A program made the position numbers and the translations under genes. Of a DNA stretch of 61,091 bases, positions 51,856-61,091 are shown piece by piece. This DNA is from Stramenopiles sp. TOSAG23-3 (Eukaryota), in contig LT642155.1 in assembly GCA_900128585.1 (NCBI GenBank), positions 1-61,091 on the forward strand, written 5' to 3'. The notes below the pieces were generated by a model. That model saw only the letters and a list, made by a program, of their open reading frames with translations. It ran no database searches and was not told where the DNA came from. Position 1 is the stretch's first letter. Every line of letters starts with the position of its first letter.

Positions 51856-52277
51856 AAATTCAAATGTGAAAGATCTATTACTCCAAACTAAAATAAAAAA
51901 AGGGAGGGAAAGAAAAGAAATTGGAAAAATGTTGGTCTTTTTTAAAACACTTATATTGTGTACCATTATTCCTTATTTATTATATAAGAGTACAACTGTA
52001 AGTTATTTTTATATATAGTTATATGCTTAAAATATTACCTTAAATAGATTTTTTAAAACGAGAAGAAGAAATGCACAGCTGTGGAGGATTCGATTGTTGC
52101 AGTCGTCCTCCTCTCCTTCAAACTGGACGTGAACTGATTTCTGCAATTCATTTTTTCTTCTTTTTTTCCCCCCTTCCTCTCCCCCGCTGAAATCGTTTTG
52201 AACAAAAGAATTGTGGTCGAGATTGTCTATTTTCTTCCACTGGGGCGAGAAAAAAACAGGAGAGATCGCGTGCCAAT

Positions 52278-54524
52278 ATGTCGTTGAACGACGGTGGTGG
52301 TAGAAGGCTGCCAGGTGGATACAAGAAAATGCCTATTACCTCCTCCAACCAGTCCAGACGTGAAGATTTGTCCAGTTCGTTTTCAAAGTCTTGGTTGGTT
52401 TTTACCGCTTTTCACGCCGTGTGCTTTCAAGGGCTGTCCCTGGTTGTACTCTCTGCCGAGCTCTGGAGCGAAATATTCGGTGGGAACATTTTTGCTCTGG
52501 TCCGACCCGCTGCTTTTCAACCGGTCTGTTTGATAGCCCTTTCCGTGTTCCTTCCGCTGGTTTTTGTGGCCTTTCGGACCAGCCTCGAGGTTAAAAAGCA
52601 CAACCCTTCGCTTCGCTGGGCTGTATATGCATTTGCGGTTGTTCAAGCACTAAGCCATGCGGCGTTGGGGAATTTTTTCGGCGCGCAGCTCATCGCGTCC
52701 ATCGTGCTGTCCACGTTTGCGGGGGCGGCGCTGCTTTTGCTGACGACGTCGTGCTGCGCTGGCAACGAGGGCATTTTGTACTTTTTCCAGTCGGCAACGT
52801 GGAACACAGTTCATTACACCGTGTACATTCTTCTTTCAATCGCCTCCATCGTCCTGTGCGGTGTGAAGCAGCCGAAGATGGGCGCAGTGGCGTTTCTTGC
52901 GGCGCTGTGGTGGTTTTCACGGTTTCTGTCTACTTTAGCGGCCGTCTACGAAGTAGAAATCTCTCACGAGGAGTTCGAGGCGGACTTTTCAGAGGACACC
53001 GTTGGGTGGCACCAGGTCGCTCTTGGGACATTTTACTTGGACGTTTACTTCATTCTCCCCGCCGAGTACGCCGTGTACATGACCCTGTCGTGCTGCTGTT
53101 CGAGAAAATGCATGAATAGAGTAGGGCGGGGCAAGAACTATTACCCCTACGCCGAGGAGGACGAGGGGGAAAGCACCCATGGCGAAGAAGAAGGCACACT
53201 CCACAACAGAGATCTTGAGGCGGGACACTACATTGGATCGAAAACCGAAGAGGGTCCGAACTCATTCGCAAGTGGAAATAGGAAGGAGGAGGAATCGGAG
53301 TCTTCTTCGTCAAGTTCGGGGGAGGACGACGCGGAGGAGAGCAGAAGCGAGGCCCAGGAAGACGAAAGCGACTCTCACACTGCGGAGGAAACCCAGAAGG
53401 TTTCCGACGAGAAGGAAGTCGGCAAGGAACCCGAAACGGAGGACAGCATTGACATCGCAGCAGAAGATTTGTTTGAAGGGGAAAGGGCGGAGGAGGGAGA
53501 GGCTGAGGTGCTTAGCGTGCAAGTAGACGAGCAAGTTGATGTGACCGTGTCCGGCGTGCTGAAAGAACTCAGGGAAACGGAGCGCTCCTTCGAGGCTTAC
53601 ATGTCCCAGTACGACCGCATAGAAACCACAGATTACTTGAGGCTTCTCCGTGGCCTGTACAAGCAGTGCCTCTGCTTTGGGGTGGCCAAGGAGGAGTTCA
53701 GCTCCCTCACATGGCGATCGTTCACCGCAGATTTAAAGAAATACGAAAACCCGACCAAGTCCCAGAAAAAGTCAAAGTCCAGCAAGAAAACTGAAAAAAG
53801 AATAAAGAGTCAATACCCTGGGATCCAAGACCTCGACTTAATTTTTCACGAGGTGGAGGCCAAAATACCGCACCACAACAAAAGGTTCAACGCCTTCGTG
53901 ATGGCTTGGCAGGAGCTGGCGTCCAAAACGCTGTTCAATGAAAAGGTGACCGTGTCAGAGATCACGTTTACGAAAGAGTTTGGAATTCCCATGGGAATGA
54001 AGTTGAGTGAAGAGTTTGAGAAAATGAATGAACGGGAACGGAGCATTCAGAGAATCATGACATCCAACGCGCTTGGAACGCTCCTCCAGAGGAACCGTTC
54101 GCTGCTCAAGTCCTTGTTTGTTTACTACAGCAAAACGGACAAACGGCATGCGAGTGCACGCCCCGTCCGCATGTCACTACTATCATTTCTGGCATTTTGC
54201 GAAGACATGAGCATCTCCCCGAACAAAATATCTATTCTGAAACTCCGTAAGATTTTCGAGCACCTGGGGCAAGCTGCCGATGGCGAAGACCAGCCAACCC
54301 TTGACTTGTCCGGTCGCGTGTTTGAGTTTGGGCAGTTCAAATTCTGTCTGTTTCGAATGGCCCTTGAAATGGATCGTAATTTGAAGTCAAAAAAGCGAGG
54401 GACGGTCAAAGCTGGGGAAAGCGCCCGTGCATTAAAGGTTTTGTTTCATAAAATTGAAAGAGATGGGGGGTTGGGCGTTGCAGCTCGCAAAGGTGCAAAC
54501 ATTCGCCATGGGTTCAACTTATAA
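52278..54524 (+). CDS. Hypothetical protein: N-terminal multi-pass membrane domain, acidic linker, helical C-terminal domain
   Basis: 748-aa ORF with about 6-7 hydrophobic segments, then an E/S-rich tract. Confidence 0.75.
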   Translation: MSLNDGGGRRLPGGYKKMPITSSNQSRREDLSSSFSKSWLVFTAFHAVCFQGLSLVVLSAELWSEIFGGNIFALVRPAAFQPVCLIALSVFLPLVFVAFRTSLEVKKHNPSLRWAVYAFAVVQALSHAALGNFFGAQLIASIVLSTFAGAALLLLTTSCCAGNEGILYFFQSATWNTVHYTVYILLSIASIVLCGVKQPKMGAVAFLAALWWFSRFLSTLAAVYEVEISHEEFEADFSEDTVGWHQVALGTFYLDVYFILPAEYAVYMTLSCCCSRKCMNRVGRGKNYYPYAEEDEGESTHGEEEGTLHNRDLEAGHYIGSKTEEGPNSFASGNRKEEESESSSSSSGEDDAEESRSEAQEDESDSHTAEETQKVSDEKEVGKEPETEDSIDIAAEDLFEGERAEEGEAEVLSVQVDEQVDVTVSGVLKELRETERSFEAYMSQYDRIETTDYLRLLRGLYKQCLCFGVAKEEFSSLTWRSFTADLKKYENPTKSQKKSKSSKKTEKRIKSQYPGIQDLDLIFHEVEAKIPHHNKRFNAFVMAWQELASKTLFNEKVTVSEITFTKEFGIPMGMKLSEEFEKMNERERSIQRIMTSNALGTLLQRNRSLLKSLFVYYSKTDKRHASARPVRMSLLSFLAFCEDMSISPNKISILKLRKIFEHLGQAADGEDQPTLDLSGRVFEFGQFKFCLFRMALEMDRNLKSKKRGTVKAGESARALKVLFHKIERDGGLGVAARKGANIRHGFNL

Positions 54525-55165
54525 AATACCACCAGATAGCTGCTGTGCTGCTGTCTGTAAATTGATTTTTCATCTTACTTGTATAGACTATATAGGCAAA
54601 TGTTTTATTATTAATACTATTATAAATGTACTTAAGTACAAATTTGAAATTCTTTTCTTCTTCTTCCTTCCTTCCTCCTTTCTTCTTAAAAAGAACAAAT
54701 CTTACAACAGATGATTAGTATAAAGATACGATTAAATATTTCAATTGGAATAACAACAAAGTAGTAGTAAAAAAAAGAAGAAGAGGTTGTTGTTTAATAA
54801 TCATCATATTTAAAGGCTTATTGATCGAATCCAGTAAAATTTTCAAATGGGTTTGTAAAGAATAGAAAAAGTAGAAAAAATGTTTTCATGTAGAAGGTCT
54901 GTCTTTTTTCTAATAGATTGCGTCGACTTGTTAAGATTAGATTTGCACGTTAAACGTTGGCATTTTTATCGCTTTTGATCAGCGAACCGTTGTTCCCAGC
55001 GAAAAGACACTGTCCTGTAGCATCCCGTAGCGTTGTAGACATCAGCGAAGAGTCGGGCAAGAAGACCACACGAAAGTCTTTTCGCGTTGGAGAACAGCTG
55101 TTGCGCGCCTGTGACGACCGTTGGTGTTTTTAGAATTAAAGGTGTATACAGAAAGGTACAAAGCG

Positions 55166-58100
55166 ATGAACATCTCCGAGCTAGGGTCGCTTCAGACGGC
55201 GTTCGTTACGCAACAGCCCGTGCCGTCACGGATAGAGAATACAAAGCGTGATTCAGCGGCCTTGGAGAATAGCCCGCAGTCGTCTTACACGAGTGGCCTG
55301 CCGCCCTGTTTGAAAAAGCAAAAGGTAAGCAGCGAAAGCGGGTGCTACGACGACGCTGGTGCGTTTCGGTCGAAAACGGAAGTGTCTGAACACGAGCCCG
55401 TGCGTGACGAGGCACCCAAAGGTTGCATAGAACACCATAGAATTGCAGCAACGGAAGATCCGAAGGAAGCTGCTGCACCAACAGCAAACGAATCAACCAC
55501 TTTAGATTTCTGGCAAACTGGGTCGGGCCAGCACCTAGGCAGGCAGGAGGGGTGGGCTAGGCTGAAGGCTCATGAGATGGTGAAGAGACGGCAGGAGCTT
55601 AATTTGATCAGGTGCTCGTATCGCAAAAATCGATCTTCAAAACGGGACCCGTTTCCGCTCAAAGCCCTGATAAAGCTCAAGAAAAAAGGCCGGGCCAAGG
55701 TGAAGAGCTCACTTCAAGTCTTTTTAGCGGAACGGGCGTGTGCATCTGCAAACTTAGATTACAAAATTTGCAACTCTTACGAAAAAGTGTCGAACATACC
55801 GCACAACCAAGCGCTAGAAGCGGCCAGGCTTGCCATCCAACCGATCCATATCCTGACTTTTCTGGTAGACCAATTTTGTTCCGCCAAGTCTGTACCGTCC
55901 GGGTTCATAGATAGGAACGCTCTGCTCAGCGGGTGCAAGACTTCCGAGCAGGTCGGTTCTGCCCTTTCTTCTCTTCGCAAGCACCTAGAGGCAGAGCTGG
56001 AAAAGATGAAGCAGAAAATTCAGAGTGCTGGCGGCGTCAAGAAAGCTAGCAGTTTCGACGTAGAAGCCATGCAAAATATAAAACAGCTTTGTGAAGCCGG
56101 TGAGGATGCGAAGATGGCAATCAGCGCCGCATGCAATTTTTCTCCAGATATGCTTCCGAATCAAAGCCTGATTGGAATTGGCTATGAGCGTTGCTTCACG
56201 GACTTGTTTCACAAAAAATGGTTATGGAAAACTTACCAGGACCACTTTTTTGTTAACGAAATGTCGTGGCACAAAGAACCGTACCCAAACCGATCGTTCG
56301 AAGTCATTCACGAGTACGAAGCGGCCGTCGAACCCGAGCGGTGCTTCAAAATGCTAGAGTCCTCGAAAACGGGGTGCGTCGCACCCCCAGACTTGACACA
56401 AGCTTCCCCCAACCTTCACCTTGACATGCACGGGCTGAAAGAGGGTCGCCCACTGCGCCTGGCACCAGTTGGCTTTGAGTTCCCCGCGCTTGGACCGGGT
56501 GCCTTCGATATCGTTCTTTCCAGCACTTGGGGGTTTGATTCTTCTACGCAGCGCAAGATCATTCGTGCCCTGCTCATGAACACCGTGCTGGAGGAATCCT
56601 ACTGCATCCAGTTCATTGAAAGAATATTGCTTCCAGCAATCAATCGGCAAAAAGACTCAGAGGCTTACGACATTGCCACTGCGCTTCATGACATCATTCG
56701 AAAGAGTCGCGCTGCTGGGAATGCGTTTGAAGTTCAAGCAGCGTCTACCGTACTGCAAGAAGTCCACAAAGATAGGGTGTTTGCGAAAAATACATCGTTT
56801 CGTGTACACCCAAAGGGCCAAGGGCTCCTTTGCAACCGACGGGTTGGGTTTCGCGCCGGGGCGTTCGTTGAGCAATACTTGGGCGAATTGTATTCGCCCT
56901 GGCGGTGGTTTGAGAAGACGGACGCAGTAAAAGTCGTGCAGAAGAAACTGGGCAAAAAGAGTGCGCTTCCAGACTTCTACAACATTGCGCTGGACCGGCA
57001 CAAGGACGATTTGGGAGGATACAATGTCATGTACGTCGATCCGATTGCAAGGGGCAACATAGCGAGTCGCCTAAGCCACAGCTGCACTCCAAACTGCGCG
57101 ACCGTCGTTGTGTCTATCGAGGGGCACTACAAGATTGCCGTCTTTGCTCTGCGTGACATTGCCTACGGGGAAGAACTGACTTTTGATTACGGGGCATTTA
57201 CCGAAGACAAACTCGAGCATGAACAAGCGACGTGCCTTTGCGGCAGCCACAACTGCCGGGGCGCGTTCCTGCAATACTCGAACGACAAGTACTTTCAAGT
57301 GATCATGTCCGCGCACCAAAATACCCTGGATCGGACCTCCCAAATTGTTCGTGCCAGCACGGAACCGTTTCTCGAAGAAGACCGCCTGTTGCTGGAGAAG
57401 CACAACCTGCGTGACTCTGTGCAAGACGGTGCGCCGGACTGGCTGTTGAAGTGGGGTGCGCTGATTCTCGAGTTTGCCGACTTTGAAAAGGAGCAGCTAA
57501 TTGCATACTTGCAAAGAAAGTACAAAGGTATTTACAACCTCCAGTCGGCCAGGGACGAGGGCCAGCACATCCATGCGACAAGGGTCCAAAACTTGGTTAT
57601 CACGCTGGAAAAGATAAAATACGTTCTTCGGCAGAAAGGCCAGAGCCAGGCCCCGCCCGTGCGCATATTATCAACATCAGAAGTAATCGACGCACTTTGG
57701 ACAAAGGGAAAGAATGGGGGCAAGGACGGCATCGTGAGGGACATTGCGCGATTGGGGCTAAAAAGCATGGACGCGAAACAGCCGGAACTGTCAATGAGGC
57801 TAAAAGAAATCCTGAAAATCAAAGTGCCCCGAACCGAAGAAGGCCTTCGCTATCTTCGCGAAAACATCATTTTAGAGATTCGTGACATGTTCTGGAAATT
57901 CAAACAAACGCCCTCGAAGCGGTTCGCCGCAGCCGGTGACTTGCTCACCCTGTACGCCCACACGAAGATGCACTTTACAAATACTTCATACATTGGTGTG
58001 AAATCACCTTCTATCAAACTGAGGCAATGCGATGTCGGTGAAACGATTCACCCCTTAAGTGAAAAATCAGAAGTTGTGAAAGGAAAAAATTATGGGCCTG

Positions 58101-58702
58101 GATATATATGGGGGCAAATGAATTTTTGGGAACGCCAAACCATCGCACAACCGGACTCTAGTCTTATGGCAGCAAGGTATGGGCCTGTTGTCCTTCCCGA
58201 TGCCACCTGCTGCTTCAGCACAACTTTGAACGACTACGGCCCTAGCCGCCGAAAAGACACCATTAATCGATGGGTGGAGAGGCCGCACGAGCAGATTCCC
58301 ACAAGGTTTCACTGGCGTTTCAAGAATCCGCACAGAATCTACGGCTCACCCATGCTCGATGAAGCGTTGCGCATTTCGGTTGAGGGGTACGACTGTCGAC
58401 CGAACCGAGAGTCCGATCGGGGAGACACTGGGCCAAACGCCGGCGGTTCCATAGCACCCTCTACTGACGGCGGCCCACCAAACGCAGAGGACGATTTGCC
58501 GTGCAACATCTGCGGTTTGACGGGTGACTCTGCTGCAAATCCAGCACTTTTGTGCGAAACTTGTGACCTAGGTTGTGCTCACATCCAATGTATTAACCTT
58601 CAGTCCGTTCCCAGTGGCGATTGGTTCTGCGCAATATGCGAAGCTAAGAAAAATGACCTCCCGCAATGGCTGTTAGAAATAAAAGGCCACAAACTCTTAT
58701 AG
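55166..58702 (+). CDS. ATXR3/SDG2-like SET-domain histone methyltransferase with a C-terminal PHD finger
   Basis: YLGELYSPWRWFEK, PDFYNI, ASRLSHSCTPNC, GEELTFDY and post-SET CLCGSHNCRG. SDG2-type C-terminal block YGSPMLD; PHD CNIC...LLCETC...HIQC...WFCAIC. Confidence 0.85.
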   Translation: MNISELGSLQTAFVTQQPVPSRIENTKRDSAALENSPQSSYTSGLPPCLKKQKVSSESGCYDDAGAFRSKTEVSEHEPVRDEAPKGCIEHHRIAATEDPKEAAAPTANESTTLDFWQTGSGQHLGRQEGWARLKAHEMVKRRQELNLIRCSYRKNRSSKRDPFPLKALIKLKKKGRAKVKSSLQVFLAERACASANLDYKICNSYEKVSNIPHNQALEAARLAIQPIHILTFLVDQFCSAKSVPSGFIDRNALLSGCKTSEQVGSALSSLRKHLEAELEKMKQKIQSAGGVKKASSFDVEAMQNIKQLCEAGEDAKMAISAACNFSPDMLPNQSLIGIGYERCFTDLFHKKWLWKTYQDHFFVNEMSWHKEPYPNRSFEVIHEYEAAVEPERCFKMLESSKTGCVAPPDLTQASPNLHLDMHGLKEGRPLRLAPVGFEFPALGPGAFDIVLSSTWGFDSSTQRKIIRALLMNTVLEESYCIQFIERILLPAINRQKDSEAYDIATALHDIIRKSRAAGNAFEVQAASTVLQEVHKDRVFAKNTSFRVHPKGQGLLCNRRVGFRAGAFVEQYLGELYSPWRWFEKTDAVKVVQKKLGKKSALPDFYNIALDRHKDDLGGYNVMYVDPIARGNIASRLSHSCTPNCATVVVSIEGHYKIAVFALRDIAYGEELTFDYGAFTEDKLEHEQATCLCGSHNCRGAFLQYSNDKYFQVIMSAHQNTLDRTSQIVRASTEPFLEEDRLLLEKHNLRDSVQDGAPDWLLKWGALILEFADFEKEQLIAYLQRKYKGIYNLQSARDEGQHIHATRVQNLVITLEKIKYVLRQKGQSQAPPVRILSTSEVIDALWTKGKNGGKDGIVRDIARLGLKSMDAKQPELSMRLKEILKIKVPRTEEGLRYLRENIILEIRDMFWKFKQTPSKRFAAAGDLLTLYAHTKMHFTNTSYIGVKSPSIKLRQCDVGETIHPLSEKSEVVKGKNYGPGYIWGQMNFWERQTIAQPDSSLMAARYGPVVLPDATCCFSTTLNDYGPSRRKDTINRWVERPHEQIPTRFHWRFKNPHRIYGSPMLDEALRISVEGYDCRPNRESDRGDTGPNAGGSIAPSTDGGPPNAEDDLPCNICGLTGDSAANPALLCETCDLGCAHIQCINLQSVPSGDWFCAICEAKKNDLPQWLLEIKGHKLL

Positions 58703-59185
58703 AAAAAGAAATGGCCGTGCGTGTGGAAAGTAGAAGATGGGGAAGAAGTCACGAAAAAAAGGTTTAAACGTGGCCACCGCGCTCTTTCAATCAAAGGTAG
58801 TATCATAAGCCTTATCACACACAAAAACCACTCAAGGCTAATTTGATGTTAAACCATTCAGGGTTTATTTTTCTTTTTATGATAGTTACTTTCTAAGATT
58901 ATACGTGCTTTGTTTGTTTTTCTTTCTTTTTTTCCCTCTTTCTTCTTTTTTCTTCTCTTCAACGATGCTTGCCTGTACGAGAAAACGCGAACAACCATGG
59001 GGATGGAGTTCAAGCTATTGCTCAGCAAGGAGTGCAACAAAGGCGACATCGAAATGGCGTTGGACGAGGCAGTCGGACGCTTCGGTCAAAAAAAAGGTTG
59101 CTGCACAGTTTATGTTTATCTACGCCAGGCACGGGGTCCGAAGAGGTCGGCACCACGCAAAAAATGTGGCAAGTTTTTCTTCGTT

Positions 59186-60778
59186 TTAGATCGACAGAAA
59201 GTACGATGATCCGCCAGTCCGCATCGAGTCCTGAATCTCAAGGTACAAATCGTTGGAGCCAGGTCCCATGTTATTGTGAACGGCTTCCATATCCTCTGGC
59301 TCTTTCGTGCCGTGGGCCAGTGATGTAGTAAAGCGGTAAATGCTGCCTAAGAAAGAGGAATAGAACAGCTTTCCTGTCTCGTCATCGTGCGCGACAAACC
59401 GAGGCCATATCTGCGAACCATCCATCCCGGCGACGGCTACCCGCCTGGACCCGTCCTTTCTTGCACGCATGATTAAATTTGAGTTCATTTCGGCCCAGAA
59501 AATCTTGTGGTTTCTTCGTGGGCCCCTCAAGTCCAAACTTATGGTGTCCATACGAATGTTGGAGGGGCCACTGTATATCAACCGTTTGAACAGTGGCTTT
59601 CGGCTCGCGACTCGCTTTTGCAGGTTCGAACCGTCCATGCTTGCCAGGTACACTTTTCCCGATTCCTCGACAAAATAGATAGTGTTTTCTGCCACGTCCA
59701 ACGCGATGCCCCTTGGGTCGCGGAGACCCTTCAACAGAGCCTTTGCAACATACTTTCCATCGTCTTGGTCCGTCAAGCGTAAGGAAACGCTGTAGAGCGC
59801 GCCACTGTTTGCATCAGAAAAAAACAGCCGACGGCCGGCCGTGTCGACGGCCAGACCGCAGACTTCGCCGGCCACCTGATCCCCTTGTACGATCAGTTCT
59901 ACTTTAGAACCGTCCAACTTGGACCTCCGTACCGTGCGTTCCGCCGTATCGCTCCAGTATATGTGCTCTCTCGCCGGGTCAATCGCCAAAGCCCGAGGGG
60001 AAAACGGTAGGTTTGTTTTCCTCGCGCTACTGACGATCGGGGCAGAGTACCCCTCCGTTTCTCGAATCCGGTAGTTCAACACGTGCCTTGACTCTGACGC
60101 TCCACCGCTTCGCGTGATCACAACGATGTCGTCCGGGAGGATTGCATCTGGGTGCTTTACTATACTTTTTAGCCCAGAAAAGCACACGAGCGATGTACTG
60201 TTCTTGTATTCCAAATTTGTACAAGGGGCGCCGAAAATCTGCACTTCCTGCATGTCTTGCTGGGACTTTCCCAAATTCACCCCACTAATGTCAATGCGGC
60301 AAACCCCATCGATGACGCTTTCGGCCGCAACTGTCTGTGGGGAGGCGTTGGCTGCCCCCATCAACCGCTTTCTCAAAATTCGATTCCCATCGCTAAAGTA
60401 GACTCCTTGCGACGAGGGGTACTCCGACAGCCATTGAACCGCCATTGCGGTCATTGAAATTTCGTTCATGCCGTGCGCCAACTCTTTGGGCGGATGGAAC
60501 GAAGTCGTGGCCCGGTCCCCTTCGTACCCGGAGCGGGACACCATTACACCCTTCACGAGATCGTTCGTTACCAACACGGTCTCCGGCGACGCGGCAATGA
60601 ACTTTTTTTCGTAGGTATGGTAGCCATTTTCTCGACTGGTCGCAGTGACATAGTGAAAGGACCCGTCTTTTTCCACGACGGTCGTTTTCGCAGTGTCGGT
60701 ATTACTAGGTGGGGCTTTGGCGACGGCAACGCACCAAACGAGAAAGGGGAACAGAGCAAGGAGGCCAGGCATAGGCAT
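59186..60778 (-). CDS. Secreted protein with an IPT/TIG-like domain and LDL-receptor class B (YWTD) beta-propeller
   Basis: Signal peptide; IDISGVNLG...C (IPT-like). YWTD-type repeats PRALAIDP...IYWSD...RSKLDGS and PRGIALD...IYFVE. Confidence 0.8.
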   Translation of the reverse strand: MPMPGLLALFPFLVWCVAVAKAPPSNTDTAKTTVVEKDGSFHYVTATSRENGYHTYEKKFIAASPETVLVTNDLVKGVMVSRSGYEGDRATTSFHPPKELAHGMNEISMTAMAVQWLSEYPSSQGVYFSDGNRILRKRLMGAANASPQTVAAESVIDGVCRIDISGVNLGKSQQDMQEVQIFGAPCTNLEYKNSTSLVCFSGLKSIVKHPDAILPDDIVVITRSGGASESRHVLNYRIRETEGYSAPIVSSARKTNLPFSPRALAIDPAREHIYWSDTAERTVRRSKLDGSKVELIVQGDQVAGEVCGLAVDTAGRRLFFSDANSGALYSVSLRLTDQDDGKYVAKALLKGLRDPRGIALDVAENTIYFVEESGKVYLASMDGSNLQKRVASRKPLFKRLIYSGPSNIRMDTISLDLRGPRRNHKIFWAEMNSNLIMRARKDGSRRVAVAGMDGSQIWPRFVAHDDETGKLFYSSFLGSIYRFTTSLAHGTKEPEDMEAVHNNMGPGSNDLYLEIQDSMRTGGSSYFLSI

Positions 60779-61091
60779 TCCTACCGTTTCGTGGGAGAAT
60801 TAACTGTTGTAAATCTATAAACTACCAGAAACCGTTGCGCAGACAAATTCAGAGTACTGTTTTGTTTTTTAAAAAGAATAATTTCATACAAACCACCACT
60901 AGCTTTAAAACATATTTTTCGATTGATTCAATGAAGGAATGGCACCATCTTTCTTTTTTTCTTGCTTACTTCTTATGGTACGGTGATAGCAATTCTCTAT
61001 GTTGTGTTGTAGTAAATATTTTTTATTATATATAATATATATAACGACTATTATATTATTATTTCGTTTGTTTTTTTAAAACTTTTTTATC

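Noticed and set aside
58905-59328. Short + strand ORFs overlapping the 3' end of the YWTD gene
   Set aside because: No motifs; the region is consistent with a 3' UTR.

Overview
Gene-dense, intron-poor eukaryotic nuclear DNA with GC-rich coding regions and very AT-rich spacers. The gene content suggests a flagellated protist, probably a stramenopile: an outer-dynein-arm docking subunit, a GPCR-TKL-type kinase, an ATXR3/SDG2-like SET protein and an LRR-IQ-WW protein (inference). About 25 protein genes are supported, including MCM7, a divergent H2A/H2B pair, PCBD, PSMD10/gankyrin (2 exons), RPLP0, Sec14-GOLD, PGAM5, carbamoyl-phosphate synthetase, CMC1-like, ODAD1-like, PP2C (2 exons) and a YWTD propeller protein. 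I found no rRNA, tRNA, CRISPR array or transposase gene. Most interesting observations: (1) a class C GPCR whose ectodomain is a bacterial-type dCache sensor with a complete amino-acid-binding motif instead of a Venus flytrap; (2) a full-length glutamine-dependent CPS with an ER-type signal peptide and glycosylation sequons; (3) an H/ACA snoRNA-like RNA inside the PSMD10 intron with a readable 18S target; (4) a dispersed ~33-bp element family found only downstream of stop codons, one copy forming a MITE; (5) a 60-bp Tc1/mariner-like mini-element; (6) a P0 lacking its acidic tail; (7) a recurrent intergenic 9-mer, CCTCGTACT. All family calls come from motif recognition by eye; no searches were run.
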